This document shows positions 45,671 to 58,799 of a stretch of DNA of 64,000 nt, in pieces. Below the pieces are notes generated by a model. The model was not told the DNA's origin. It made no database searches and worked only from the letters and a program-made list of their open reading frames with translations. This stretch comes from Candidatus Altimarinota bacterium. GTDB lineage: Bacteria > Patescibacteriota > Gracilibacteria > BD1-5 > UBA6164. The position numbers and the translations under genes were made by a program. The first letter of the stretch is position 1; each line of letters opens with the position of its first letter. The stretch covers positions 20,583 through 84,582 of the forward strand of contig JASMTS010000014.1 in the NCBI GenBank assembly GCA_041694155.1, written 5' to 3'.

Positions 45671-45976
45671 TTTTCTTGATATGACTATATATTATTCTTA
45701 TTTTATCATATGTATTTTAAAAAATAAAATAATAAAACCTTTTATATTTGCTTTTTGTTTATTTATACATATACTCTTGCTTGATAAAATCAGAAACCTC
45801 CTTTTAAGGACTCAATATAATGGGATATAATTAATTTGGGTCAGATAGGGAATATGGCGTATAATTATATATCTTATATTGATTTTTTTAATGGGAGTTT
45901 TTCATTTCTAAAAATGAAGAACTTGCTTTATATGCTTGTTCTTTTTTTATTATTTTTAAAAAATAATTTATACTAA

Positions 45977-47686
<1,710 letters not shown>

Positions 47687-47687
47687 T

Positions 47688-47716
47688 AAAAAATCCCTTT
47701 TTAAAAGGGATTTTTT
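47688..47716. terminator. bidirectional hairpin terminator
   Basis: AAAAATCCCTTT / AAAGGGATTTTT stem. Confidence 0.6.
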
Positions 47717-47717
47717 A

Positions 47718-49325
47718 TTATCTTTTTATTTGAAAAACAATATTATCTTTTATTTTTGATATTTTGTTTACAAAAAATGGTCTTATATCTATATTAACAT
47801 CACTTACTTTTCAAGTATTTATTATTATTTTTTCTGCTTCATCTCTATCCAATCATACTACAAGACTTTTTAGTTTGTCTACATAGTTGTTATTTTCAGA
47901 TATAAAGTTATGTATAAAAAATGCTTCTACCAGTGCAGTTGCTTTTACAGAATATGGTGATTTTGTAGTTTCTAATGGAGGTGATACTATTCTAAGTGAT
48001 CATTCATTTATTTCTTGTATTTCTTCAATATTTTCTAGTACTCATGTTCTCACTGTTTCTCTCAATTTTGTTAATAACATTTCTTTGTTATATGAATATG
48101 TTGTTATTTTTATAGATCATCATAACTTGAAGTTATCTATTTGTTTTCATAATTCCAACTCTTCTTCTCATACTACATTAAAATCTGAATACTGTGTTAT
48201 TCAGTCTATTGGAAATAATTCATATTCTACATTATTCCTTTCATTACTATCCTTTATATCTTGTTTTACTTGTTCATATGATTGATCTTCTAGTTTTCAT
48301 CTAAGTATAGTTTTTGCATTTTCTATATCTTGTTTTGTAAGTACTTTTTTGTAATTATCATTTCATCATTTAAATTCACTAACAGTTTCAGCATATACTT
48401 TGTCTTTTTCTTCTTCTAATCATGGTAAAAATAATCCTATACCTTTATCTATATTTCAGTTTGATCATATTATATTTCAATCATTGTCTCTCAATCTAGA
48501 GCTAGCATATGCTTCTATGCTTCATGGTATTATATTTCATGTTCAGCTAACGCTGCTTCAAGGTATAGTTATTGAACCTTCTAATAAATAAACTATTCAT
48601 GTTTCTGTTTGTAGTCTAGTATTTTCTATTAGGTCTATTTCATCTTTGAATTCATTGTATAATCTTACTTTTCATCTAGATGTAGATACACTTTCTTCTG
48701 ATACTCCTGATGTTCAAAAGTTTGAATCTATAAATATCTCTTTTGTTATTTTCTTTAGTCTTATAGTTCTATCATCTAATATTAAGCTATCATTTTGTGA
48801 TTCTACAAAGTTAAAATTTTTTCATTTTGTTTTTACTTCTATTTTTGGTGTTATTTCTATGTATGTTTTATTTACTGCAAAATAAAAAACAAACATAAGT
48901 AAAAATAATGCTATAAATAAAAAGCTTATAAAATATCATATTTTAGATTTTCAGTATCTCTCTTTATATCTTGATATTATAGTATCATTATTTTTTTGTA
49001 AAAATATATCTTTTATTTCTCTAAAATATCACTTAAAAGTATATAAAAAGTATTCAAAAAAACTATAATTATATTCTATCAAATCAGGATTATCTGTTAT
49101 AGAATACTTTATTCATAGCTTTTTTCATATTTTTTTTGCAGTTTTATCATTAGTAATTATTACTAAATCTTTTTTTCAAGCTTTTGTTTTTAGTATTCTA
49201 AGAGATGTGTAATTATGTAGTACTGGATGTCAAAAAGGGAACTCCAGTATTATTTCCTTATCCCTAGAGTTTTTTATTTTTATAATTATATCTACTATAG
49301 AGTCATTTTTGTGAATTTTTATCAT
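47718..49325 (-). CDS. single-pass membrane protein, hypothetical (large extracytoplasmic domain)
   Basis: 535 aa on the minus strand with TGA=Gly. The TM segment ISFLFIALFLLMFVFYFAV follows a cytoplasmic N-domain of about 130 aa. The plus-strand track ORFs at 47887-48885 are antisense artefacts. Confidence 0.5.
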
Positions 49326-49465
49326 TTTTTTTGTAATTTTTTATAATTATTTTTCTTGTTTTTAAGAATATCTATTTAATCTTTTTTTTCAAGTTAAATA
49401 TTACTTTACAAAAAGCTTATTTTAACTAAAATTTTTATAACTTATATATTTTAATTTTTTCAATT

Positions 49466-50860
49466 TTGCAAGAAATATTAGATGTCATAGAATTAATTGA
49501 TAGATCAATAAAATTTAACCCAGAAAATTCTATAACAGCATGAGAAATTATAGCTGATTGATATGACGAACAGGTAGATAAATATAGAGAAGCTATAAAT
49601 TATTCTCAAGAGTGGTTAATTGACTATCAAAATAAAATCTCTGTCGAAACAGATATATCAAATCTAAAAATAAAATATACAAATGCTTCTTGATATTTTA
49701 TAGAAGTACCAAAATCCCAAACATCAAAAATACCGGACTCTTTTATACATAAGCAAACTTTAGTAAATGCTTCTAGGTATATAACTGTTGAGTTAAAAGA
49801 ATTAGAACAAAAAATAATAGAAGCTCAAACTAATAAATCTTCTAGAGAATATGAAATATTTCTGGATATAAGAGAAAAAATATTAGATAAATATGTTTAT
49901 ATAAAAAATGCAAGTGATATTTGTTCTAATATAGATTTTATATCAAGTCTTTCTCATGTTGCTTATAATAATAATTATATAAAACCAGATATAAGTGATA
50001 ATTATAATCTAGATATAATTTGATGAAGGCATCCTATTATTGAAAAAAGTGTTACTGACTTTATTAGTAATGACTTAAACATGTCAAAGAAAAGCTTTGT
50101 TCATATTATAACATGACCTAATATGTGAGGTAAATCTACTTTTTTGAGGCAAAATGCACTAATTATACTGATGTCACATATATGATCTTTTGTACCAGCT
50201 AAGCAAGCAAAAATACCTCTGACTGATAGTATTTTTTCTAGAATAGGAGCCAATGATAATTTGTTTTTGGGGCAATCTACATTTATGGTAGAAATGCAGG
50301 AAGTCGCTAATATATTAAATAATTCAACAAAAAATAGTTTTGTTATAATTGATGAAGTAGGTAGATGAACAAGTACTTATGATGGGATGAGTCTAGCTTG
50401 GGCTATATTGAAACAAAATCATGATAAAATAAATGCAAAAACTTTATTTGCTACTCATTATCATGAACTTATAGATGAATCTAATAAATTGAAGTGAGTA
50501 AAAAACTTTTCAGTAGCAGTTTGAGAAAATGAGGAAAATCTAGTTTTTTTGAGAAAAGTAGTAGAGTGATGAATAAAAAAATCATTTTGATTAGAGGTAG
50601 CTAGAATAGCATGACTTGGTGATGATATAATAAATGAAGCAAAAAATATGTTAGATTTTTTGGAATCAGAACACTCAAATACTAAGCAACAACAACTCGA
50701 TATAACTAGTCTAGAAAAGAATAATTATAAAGAAAAAATAGTATATCGTGATAATGAAGTATTACAAAAAGTTAAAAAAATGGATATAAATAATATGACT
50801 CCTATAGATGCTTTTAATGAATTATATAAAATTAAAAATCAATTAGATGAAAAAAAATAA
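49466..50860 (+). CDS. mutS: MutS-like ATPase lacking the N-terminal mismatch-binding and connector domains
   Basis: 464 aa from TTG 49466 (the frame opens only at 49430). Covers the core/clamp region and the ATPase domain: [41 protein letters not shown]. In frame with track ORF 50648-50860. Confidence 0.75.
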
Positions 50861-50870
50861 AATAATAATA

Positions 50871-51941
50871 ATGCACGATACCTTTTTATATAAATGATGA
50901 GGTGAAAGATTGATATTGATGATGGCAAAAGTGCTAAAATCTGATTTGGCTTCAGGGTTTTTTAGTAAATGAAGTTTTGATTTAAGAAGAGAATGATTTG
51001 AATGAAAGATGATTAGTGTATCTAGTGAAGTTTTTAAAAAATGATTTAGGCATATAAAATTGAAATGGGCATTTTTGTTTAATACAAAATTTCTGTCTAA
51101 TTATGATACTGTTATTTTTTCAGGGGATAGTATTAGTGCAGTTAGAAACTGTAATACAAATACTAAAAAAATCTATTATTGTCATACTCCACCTAGATAT
51201 ATTTATGATTTACATGATATATATCTTAAAAAAGTTCCTCTACTTTTAAGACCTATTTTTAAAATTTTTACATTTATTTTCAAAAAGATGTATGAAAGAG
51301 ATGTGAAAAAAATGGATTTAATTCTTACTAACTCAAAAAATACTCAAAAAAGAATAAAAAAGTTTTTAGATTTAGATTCTCATGTACTTTATCCTCCTGT
51401 AGATTTGAGAGAATTCAAGTTTATTAGTCAGTGAGATTACTATTTATCTTTTGCAAGATTATCTGATGCAAAAAGGGTTGATAGAATTATACAAGCTTTC
51501 AAAAAAATGCCAGATAAAAAAATAGTAGTTATATATTGAGAAAATGATCCTCAAAAAAATTACATATTTGATATATCTAAGTGATACAAAAATATAGTTT
51601 TTAAAACTTTACCATATAATGAGTGATTTTCAGAATATATATGAAACTGTATTGCTACTATATATATACCTATTGATGAAGATTTTTGAATGAGTCCTGT
51701 TGAAAGTATGTCTGCTGGAAAACCAGTAATATGAGTTAGTGATTGATGATTGAAGGAATCTATTATAGATTGAGAAACTTGAGTACTTATTTCAAAAGAA
51801 GCAAATATTGATGATATAGTATCAAGTGTAAAATTATTAGATAAACAAAAAGCACTTTCTATGAAAAGTGCTTGTGAGGAGAGAGCTAAATTTTTTAGTA
51901 TAGACAATTTTGAGTGAAAACTTAAAAAATATATTAAATAA
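50871..51941 (+). CDS. GT4-family (GT-B) glycosyltransferase
   Basis: 356 aa. FARLSDAKRVDRII, DEDFGMSPVESMSAGKPVIG and GETG follow the EX7E-type GT4 pattern. In frame with track ORF 51060-51434. Confidence 0.75.
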
Positions 51942-51943
51942 AA

Positions 51944-51974
51944 AAATAATTCTCTTATTACAAGAGAATTATTT
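51944..51974. terminator. bidirectional hairpin terminator
   Basis: AAATAATTCTCTT / AAGAGAATTATTT stem. Overlaps the stop of the minus-strand STAS gene. Confidence 0.6.
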
Positions 51975-52319
51975 CATTTCTTCAACTGCTTCTTCTTCAG
52001 TATCTACAGTTGGTACTATAGTAGTGATACCTACTAGTTCTAATATATCTTTTACTCATTCAGAACAATTAGATATATGCATTTGTCATTCATTATCTTC
52101 TATATTTGAAAATACATCTGCAATATATCAAATAGATTTAGAGTTTAAGTATTTTAATCCATTCATATTGAATATGATTTTTTTGTTATCAAAGCTTCAT
52201 ATTTCATCATAAATTGTTTTGAATGTTTTATCTGCATTAGTTTCATCTAATTCTCCAGAAAATTCAAAAATTAAAATACCATCTTGTTCTTTTTTATTTA
52301 CTTCTATTAATGTTTCCAT
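51969..52319 (-). CDS. STAS-domain protein (SpoIIAA-like anti-sigma-factor antagonist)
   Basis: 116 aa. ILIFEFSGELDETNADKTF...IIFNMNGLKYLNSKSIGYI...NCSEGVKDILELVGI follows the STAS pattern. Confidence 0.6.
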
Positions 52320-52408
52320 AAAATATTAAAAGTTATTATTAAATTTCATATATTCATTATATAATAATTATATTTTTAAAGCAAATTTTAACACTATTTT
52401 TTCTTGAT

Positions 52409-52804
52409 ATGATAAAAAAATATACCATAGATAATATAAATAAGTTGGATTTACCTATAAATAAGCCAAGTTTAATATTTTTAAAGGGTGATTTGTGAGC
52501 ATGAAAAACTACTCTAAGTAAACATATTTTTAATAATTTATTAGGTATAAAAGAAGAAATAATATCACCTACTTATACTTATTATAATAAATACCTTGAT
52601 AATTATCACTTTGATCTATATAGGTTATGAAGTTATGACGAGTTTTTTGCTATTTGATGAGAGGATGTGTTAGATAATAATACATGAGTAATACTTGTAG
52701 AATGGCCTGATTATATAGAAGATTATTATTCACCAGATTTAGTTATAAATATAAATAAGACAGATAATGATAACGAGAGGGAACTAGAAATAATAGAAAA
52801 ATAA
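52409..52804 (+). CDS. tsaE: tRNA t6A37 biosynthesis ATPase TsaE
   Basis: 131 aa. Contains LKGDLGAGKTTL (two TGA glycines), ISPTYTY, HFDLYRL and ILVEWPD. Confidence 0.8.
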
Positions 52805-52830
52805 AAAAGCAATAATTTTATTGCTTTTTT
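52803..52830. terminator. bidirectional hairpin terminator
   Basis: AAAAAAGCAATA / TATTGCTTTTTT stem. Confidence 0.6.
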
Positions 52831-54301
52831 ATTTTCTTGAAAATATTACATTAAAAGTTTTTAATATTATTTTTAGATCTAGTAGCATATTCCAATTTTC
52901 AATATAGAAGATATCTAGTTCTGCTTCCTTTTTGAATTCATTGTTTTCTCTACCATTTACTTGTGCCATTCATGTTATCCCTGGTTTTATTGTTAATAAT
53001 CTTTTTTGATCTATAGAATATTTTTCTACCTCTCTAGGTTGATGAGGTCTTGGTCATACTAGACTCATATTACCTATTATAAGATTAAAAAATTGAGGTA
53101 ATTCATCTATAGAGTATTTTTCTATAAAATTTCATACTTTTGTTTTTCTAGGGTCATTTTTGATTTTATATAATGGTCAGTTTCTAGTAGAATTTTTTTC
53201 TATTAATTTTTTTTCAAACTCAAGTGCTTTATCTTTTTTTGGATCTATGTTATAAGCATCTTTGATACAATATTTCCATTTCATGTATCTAAATTTGTAT
53301 AGATTAAACTCTTTTGAGTTTTGTCATATTCTTTTGTTTTTATATATAATTGGTCATTTTGGGTCTTCTAATTTTATCAAAATAGCTGTTATTATAAATA
53401 TAGGAGAAAATATTATAACTCAAATTATTCATGAAATTAGATCAAAGATTCTTTTGAATACTTTTCACCAGCTATCAAGAGATGTATTATTTATTTCGAT
53501 TACTGGTATTTTATTAACTAGTGATAATGTAGTATTTGTTTTTGTTACATCAAATGAATTAGTTATATATCTATATCTTATTCAAAATATTCTTGTATAT
53601 TCCCATAGTTTGTGAAGTTGTTTTTTTGAATAATCACTATCTATATATAAGACTTCATCACATTTTTTATTTTCAAAAACACTTTTAACTTTTTCTATGT
53701 CTCATTTATAACTCATTCTTAATCATTCTATTTTTTCGCTATTAGAATATCATATTATTTGGTATATTTTTGCATCTTTTATATCTTTTATTATATTTTC
53801 TATTTTACTTTTTTTTCTATTGTTTATAAGTAATATTTTTCTTTTTGATAATACTCATTTTTTTAATAAAAAATATTCAAACTTATTTAAAAATATTCTT
53901 TCTAGTATTATGGCTAATGTACCAATTATGAAAGTAAATAATATTATTAACCTTGGTATTTCTATTTCATAAATTATTCATTTTCATAAATATACAAAAA
54001 ATGAATAAAAAATTAGCCAATAAAAAGAGTACCTTATAATTTGTAAAAACTCTCTTATCTTAGAGGATGTGATTTTAATGAAATATAAACCATGTATAGC
54101 AAATATAAATATATATAGTATTGCTCAATAAAGCGCAAAGAAAAACAAACTAATATCATCAATAGTTTGTATTGGAAGTTCTACTCATGGTACAAAATCA
54201 TTAATTTGTCTTATTTCTTTTGATATGTAAAAAAGACAAAATATAATGATAAAATCAAGTGGAAGCTTTGCAGCTGCAAATACTATATCTTGTTTCTTCA
54301 T
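52829..54301 (-). CDS. polyprenyl glycosylphosphotransferase (bacterial sugar transferase, WbaP/EpsL-like)
   Basis: 490 aa. N-terminal TM helices. C-terminal KRIFDLISGIIGVIIFSPIFIITAILIKLEDPKGPIIYKNKRIG...FNLYKFRYM...DELPQFFNLIIGNMSLVGPRP...KPGITGMAQVNGR. Confidence 0.85.
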
Positions 54302-54417
54302 ATTTGTTTAATTTTTTTATATTAATTATATTTTATATTTTTGTTTTTATTTTGCAAATTCAATCTTATTTATTAAAATAAAACTAGAAATATTAAATCT
54401 TTAATTATATTGATTAA

Positions 54418-55443
54418 ATGAAACAAATCATAAAAAATATATTTTTTGATATAGTTTTTTTATATAAAAACTTTATACATTGGAATTTCTCCAAAATAAT
54501 TATATACATATATTCATGATTAATATCTTTGGCTTTTGTATTGCCTATATTATTTATATATTTTTTGATTTCAGTTATTAATTGAGATTCATTTACTTTG
54601 TTTTTATCTTGATTAGTTGGTTGAACTTTTGTTCCTTGATGGGGCTTGATTTTTCAATTTTTTACTGTTGTTGTTTTTACTTATTTATTTGTTTTGGTAA
54701 ATAATTTTTTACTAACAAATCTTTATTTAAACTATATTAATGGTAATAAATTAGAATATAAAAAAAATAAATATTTTGATTATAAAAAGTTTTTAAGTTA
54801 TTTAGGATATAGTTTTGTATTTCTTTTTATACTTATAATACCTACTATATTACTTTTAATTGTTTTATCTGTATTACTTATATCATTTTGATGAGTTGAT
54901 CAAGTTCTTTATATGGTTAGCTCTTGACCAATAAATACATTTTCAATATTGGCTTTGATATTTTTTATTATAGATGTTTTGATAACTTTTTATTTATTTT
55001 ATAGGTTTGTATTTTGATTTGTATATATATTAGAATTAGAAGAAAAATCTAGTGTTATTGACTCATTGAAATATAGTTTTAATAAAACAAAATCATTTAT
55101 AAAGTTATCAAAAGTAGTTTTTGTGTTTTTGTTATTTGGACTTATTTATATGCCTTTTAACTATATGAGTTTGGCAACTACATGAACATATAACGAAATA
55201 AACAATTATGTTACTTATAAAAATTCTAGTGAAGAAGAAAAAGTTGCCTTAAAATCTAGTAATAGTTATTATTATGAAACATTAAATATAAATTATTGAT
55301 CTCTTGATAATAATCAATTGGAAGTATTACAAAATAGGTATTATTATATTAGTTTTGTTTATCAAATAATAGAGTTTTTATTGATTCAATGATTTATGCT
55401 TATGCTGCTAACTTCAATTTATTTTAGAATTATAAAAAAATAA
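54418..55443 (+). CDS. polytopic membrane protein, hypothetical
   Basis: 341 aa with at least 6 hydrophobic segments. In frame with track ORF 54646-54891. Confidence 0.45.
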
Positions 55444-55452
55444 AAAATTAAA

Positions 55453-56250
55453 ATGAAAATACTTATTTTTTGAGATATTTATGGTAGAATATGAAGGAAA
55501 TGATTAAAAAAAGAATTACCTTGATTGATATCAAAATATAATCCAGATTTTATAATATCAAATGTAGATAATATAACATCTTGAAGATGAGCTATAGAAA
55601 AACATATTTTAGAAATGAATAAAATATGAGTTGATATAATGACTTGATGAGATCATATAGTAGATAATTATTCCAAGATAAAAGATTATCTATCTGATGA
55701 TAACTCCAACTTACTTAGATTTGCCAATTTTTATGATTGAACTATAGCATGAAAATGAGATAAAATTTTTGAAAAAAATGGTAAACGTCTTCTTGTTATT
55801 CATATGCAATGAGAAGTATTTATGAATCATAAAGTAATTAACCCATTCTTAAAAATTGATGAAATATTATCTAAATATAATGATAGTGATTATGATTGAG
55901 TTGTTATCGATTTCCATAAAGAGGCAACTGCAGAGTGATACTGACTTGCTAATTATGTAGATTGAAGAGTTAGTTTTATGTATGGTACCCATACTCATGT
56001 ACAAACTAATGATGATATTATAATGGATGGATGACTAGGTTATATAAATGATGTTGGTATGAATTGACCACTAAAATCAATAATATGAGCAGACTTTATG
56101 AGTGTAAAGCCTAGGTTTTTATCATGAATAGCTAAATGAAAAATAGAACAATCACTAGATGATAATTATCTAGTTTCAGGTGTATTTGTAGAAATATGAA
56201 AAGATAAAAAAACTACAAATATTGAAAAAATAAATATAAAGTGAAAATAG
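55453..56250 (+). CDS. YmdB-family metallophosphoesterase (2',3'-cyclic-nucleotide phosphodiesterase-like)
   Basis: 265 aa. Contains MKILIFGDIYGRIGRK, NVDNITSGRG, MTGGDH, IDFHKEATAE and GTHTHVQTND. Confidence 0.8.
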
Positions 56251-56280
56251 AAAAGTAAAAAATTTTCTTTTCTATTTTTT
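56244..56280 (+). terminator. rho-independent terminator
   Basis: AAATAGAAAAG / CTTTTCTATTT stem plus a T run. Confidence 0.55.
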
Positions 56281-56294
56281 TTGTTTATAGTATC

Positions 56295-56312
56295 AACTAA
56301 CAACCGTTAGTT
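56295..56312 (+). promoter_or_regulatory. perfect inverted repeat, candidate TetR operator
   Basis: AACTAAC-aacc-GTTAGTT lies 18 nt upstream of the TetR start codon and abuts TATATAAG. Confidence 0.45.
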
Positions 56313-56329
56313 ATATAAGATTTAACAAA

Positions 56330-56860
56330 ATGAAAAAGACAGATATATTAATGAAGATAGAGCCACTTTTTTATGAAAAAAGTTATAAAGAAGTTTCTTT
56401 GCAAAATGTTGCTGATATTTTTGATATTAAAAAATCAAGTCTATATTATTACTTTGATTCTAAAGAGGATATGTTTCTAGACTTGCTAGAGTATTCTTTT
56501 AATAAATATCTAAACTTTATTAAGATGCTTATTGAAAGATGGAATGATAATAATTTTCAAGAGTTATTAGTAGAATTTATAAATTATTGAGATAGAGAAA
56601 AAAATATATTTTTTAGATTAAATCAAAGCTGATATTCAGAATCTACAAAATTTTTGGAGCTTATACAATTTAAACAAAAAATTATTTTTGATGAAATACA
56701 TGGTGCTTTTTATGAAAAAGCATGATTTACTAAAGAAAAAACATACCTGTTTTTGATATTAATAAATCAAACTTTTAATAATAATTGAGTATATTGAAAA
56801 TGTGAACTAGATAATAATAAAATCCCTTCTGAAATAGAAAAAATATTTTTTAACAAATAA
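56330..56860 (+). CDS. TetR/AcrR-family transcriptional regulator
   Basis: 176 aa. The N-terminal HTH region is YKEVSLQNVADIFDIKKSSLYYYFDSKEDMF. Track ORF 56330-56590 extends through TGAs. Confidence 0.75.
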
Positions 56861-56865
56861 TAATT

Positions 56866-58794
56866 ATGAAAAAAATTTTGATAACTTTATTTATCACATT
56901 ACTAATATCTTCTTGTTGAGAAGAAAATGTAGATAATACAAAGTATTATGAAACTTCAAATGTTATTACTTGAAGTTTGGATAATACTACTAGTTATGTA
57001 TGATATATAAAATGAGTAAATGATGTAGCTCTTTCTTTTAAGTCTCCATGAAAAGTTGATAATATTTATTATGATGTTTGAGATGTTGTTGAAGAAGGTC
57101 AATTATTGGCTGAATTGGATTGATCTGAAGCAAAAACTTGATATAGTTCTAGCTCTAATATAATAAATAGTCTTACAAATCTAAGAGAGTCTACTAGCTT
57201 GTCTTATGATAAACAAATAGAATCTGTAGAAGCACAAATACAACAATTGGAAAAATCTTTAGAGCTATCTCAAATATCAATTGATTGAGCACAAAGCTGA
57301 GTAAATGATACTAATAATATTACTAGTAGCCAAATAAACACAGTCAAAAATCAAATATCACAAGCTGAGTTATGATTAGAAACATCAGAACTTAATTATC
57401 AAAATACAAAACAAACATTAGAACAAAAAGAAGAAGATATTTATACTAATTCTAAAAATTCTATAACTAGTGCTAATACTTTATGAAATAGTATGTTTGA
57501 CTATTTAGATAATATATTTTGAGTTACAGATGAAAATAAAAATAAAAATGATTCATATGAGATTTATTTAGGAGCAAAAAATTCATCACAAAAAAGTAAA
57601 ACTGAAAACCTTATTGAGTCCTGAATATTAAAATTTAAATGACTTAATGATTCTTATTCCAACCTTACAACAAGAGATGAAATAAAAATAGCACTAAATG
57701 AATACTATGACTTTTTTAATAATGATGTAAAAGATATATTATCTAGCTCTTATAAAACATTGGAAAATTCAATAAATTCAAATACTTTGACTCAAGAACA
57801 AATAAATGAGTTCAAAAGAACAATAAGTGACTTTCAATCTAAAAATGAAAGTGTTATATTGACTGTTAGTTGAAATTATATGATTTGATTGAAATGAAGC
57901 TTGGATAGTATTGAGTCTATAGCAAAAGAAAAAAAGTCTACTCTTGATATGTTGCAAAAACAAATAGAGAATAATAAAAAACAGATAGAAATATTAAATC
58001 AAACTTTAGAAACCTATGAATCTCAGTCAAGTTGATCTATAAATGAAGCTCAAACTTGATTAAAGCAAGCACAAAAACAAAAAGAAATAGTGCAAAGTCA
58101 AATATTAGAGGCAAAATCTTGATTGGAAGCATTGATTCAAAAGAAAAATTCTTCTATAAATGAAATAAATACCCAAATATCTCAAGCTAGGGCATCTCAA
58201 AATGATGCATGAGTTATGATTCAAAATACCAAAATATATGCACCTTTTTCTGGAGTTATTAGTAATAAAGTTGCTATAGAATGACAAGTTGTATGAGCTT
58301 GAACTCCTATCCTATACTTAAGTGATAGTAGTGATGTAAAAGCAGTTGTTAATGTTTGAGAAAATATTATTGATAGTTTAAGTTTATGAGATTCAGTAAA
58401 TGTAAAAGTTGATTGATTATCAGATATATTTACTTTTGAAGTAAGTAAAATATACCCAACAAAAGATGAGATAACAAAGAAAACAAGTGTTGAGGTATCA
58501 TATAATAATGATTTAAAGGATATAAAAGTATGAAGCTATTCTAAAGTATATTTTGATGTATCCAATAAAGATAAGCAATGACTATTAATACCAAATGAAT
58601 CTATAGTATCTAAGTATATGTTACCTTGAGTATATTTACTTGATTCTGATTGAGTTGCTAGGTTTAAAAAAATAGAAATATTAAATCAAAATGATGATTT
58701 TTCTCAAATAACATGATTATCACTTTGAGATACTGTTATAACTTATTGAAAATCAAATGTATATGATTGAGAAATTTTAATAAATAAAAAATAA
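56866..58794 (+). CDS. efflux periplasmic adaptor (HlyD/MFP-like) lipoprotein with very long coiled-coil hairpin
   Basis: 642 aa. Lipobox LLISSCG. Lipoyl-like halves VGDVVEEGQLLAELD and IYAPFSGVISNKVAIEGQVV flank about 350 aa of coiled coil. A C-terminal beta-barrel region follows. Confidence 0.7.
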
Positions 58795-58799
58795 TAATA

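Noticed and set aside
47887-48885. Plus-strand track ORFs 47887-48285, 48400-48591 and 48646-48885.
   Set aside because: They are antisense to a continuous 535-codon minus-strand gene (47718-49325).
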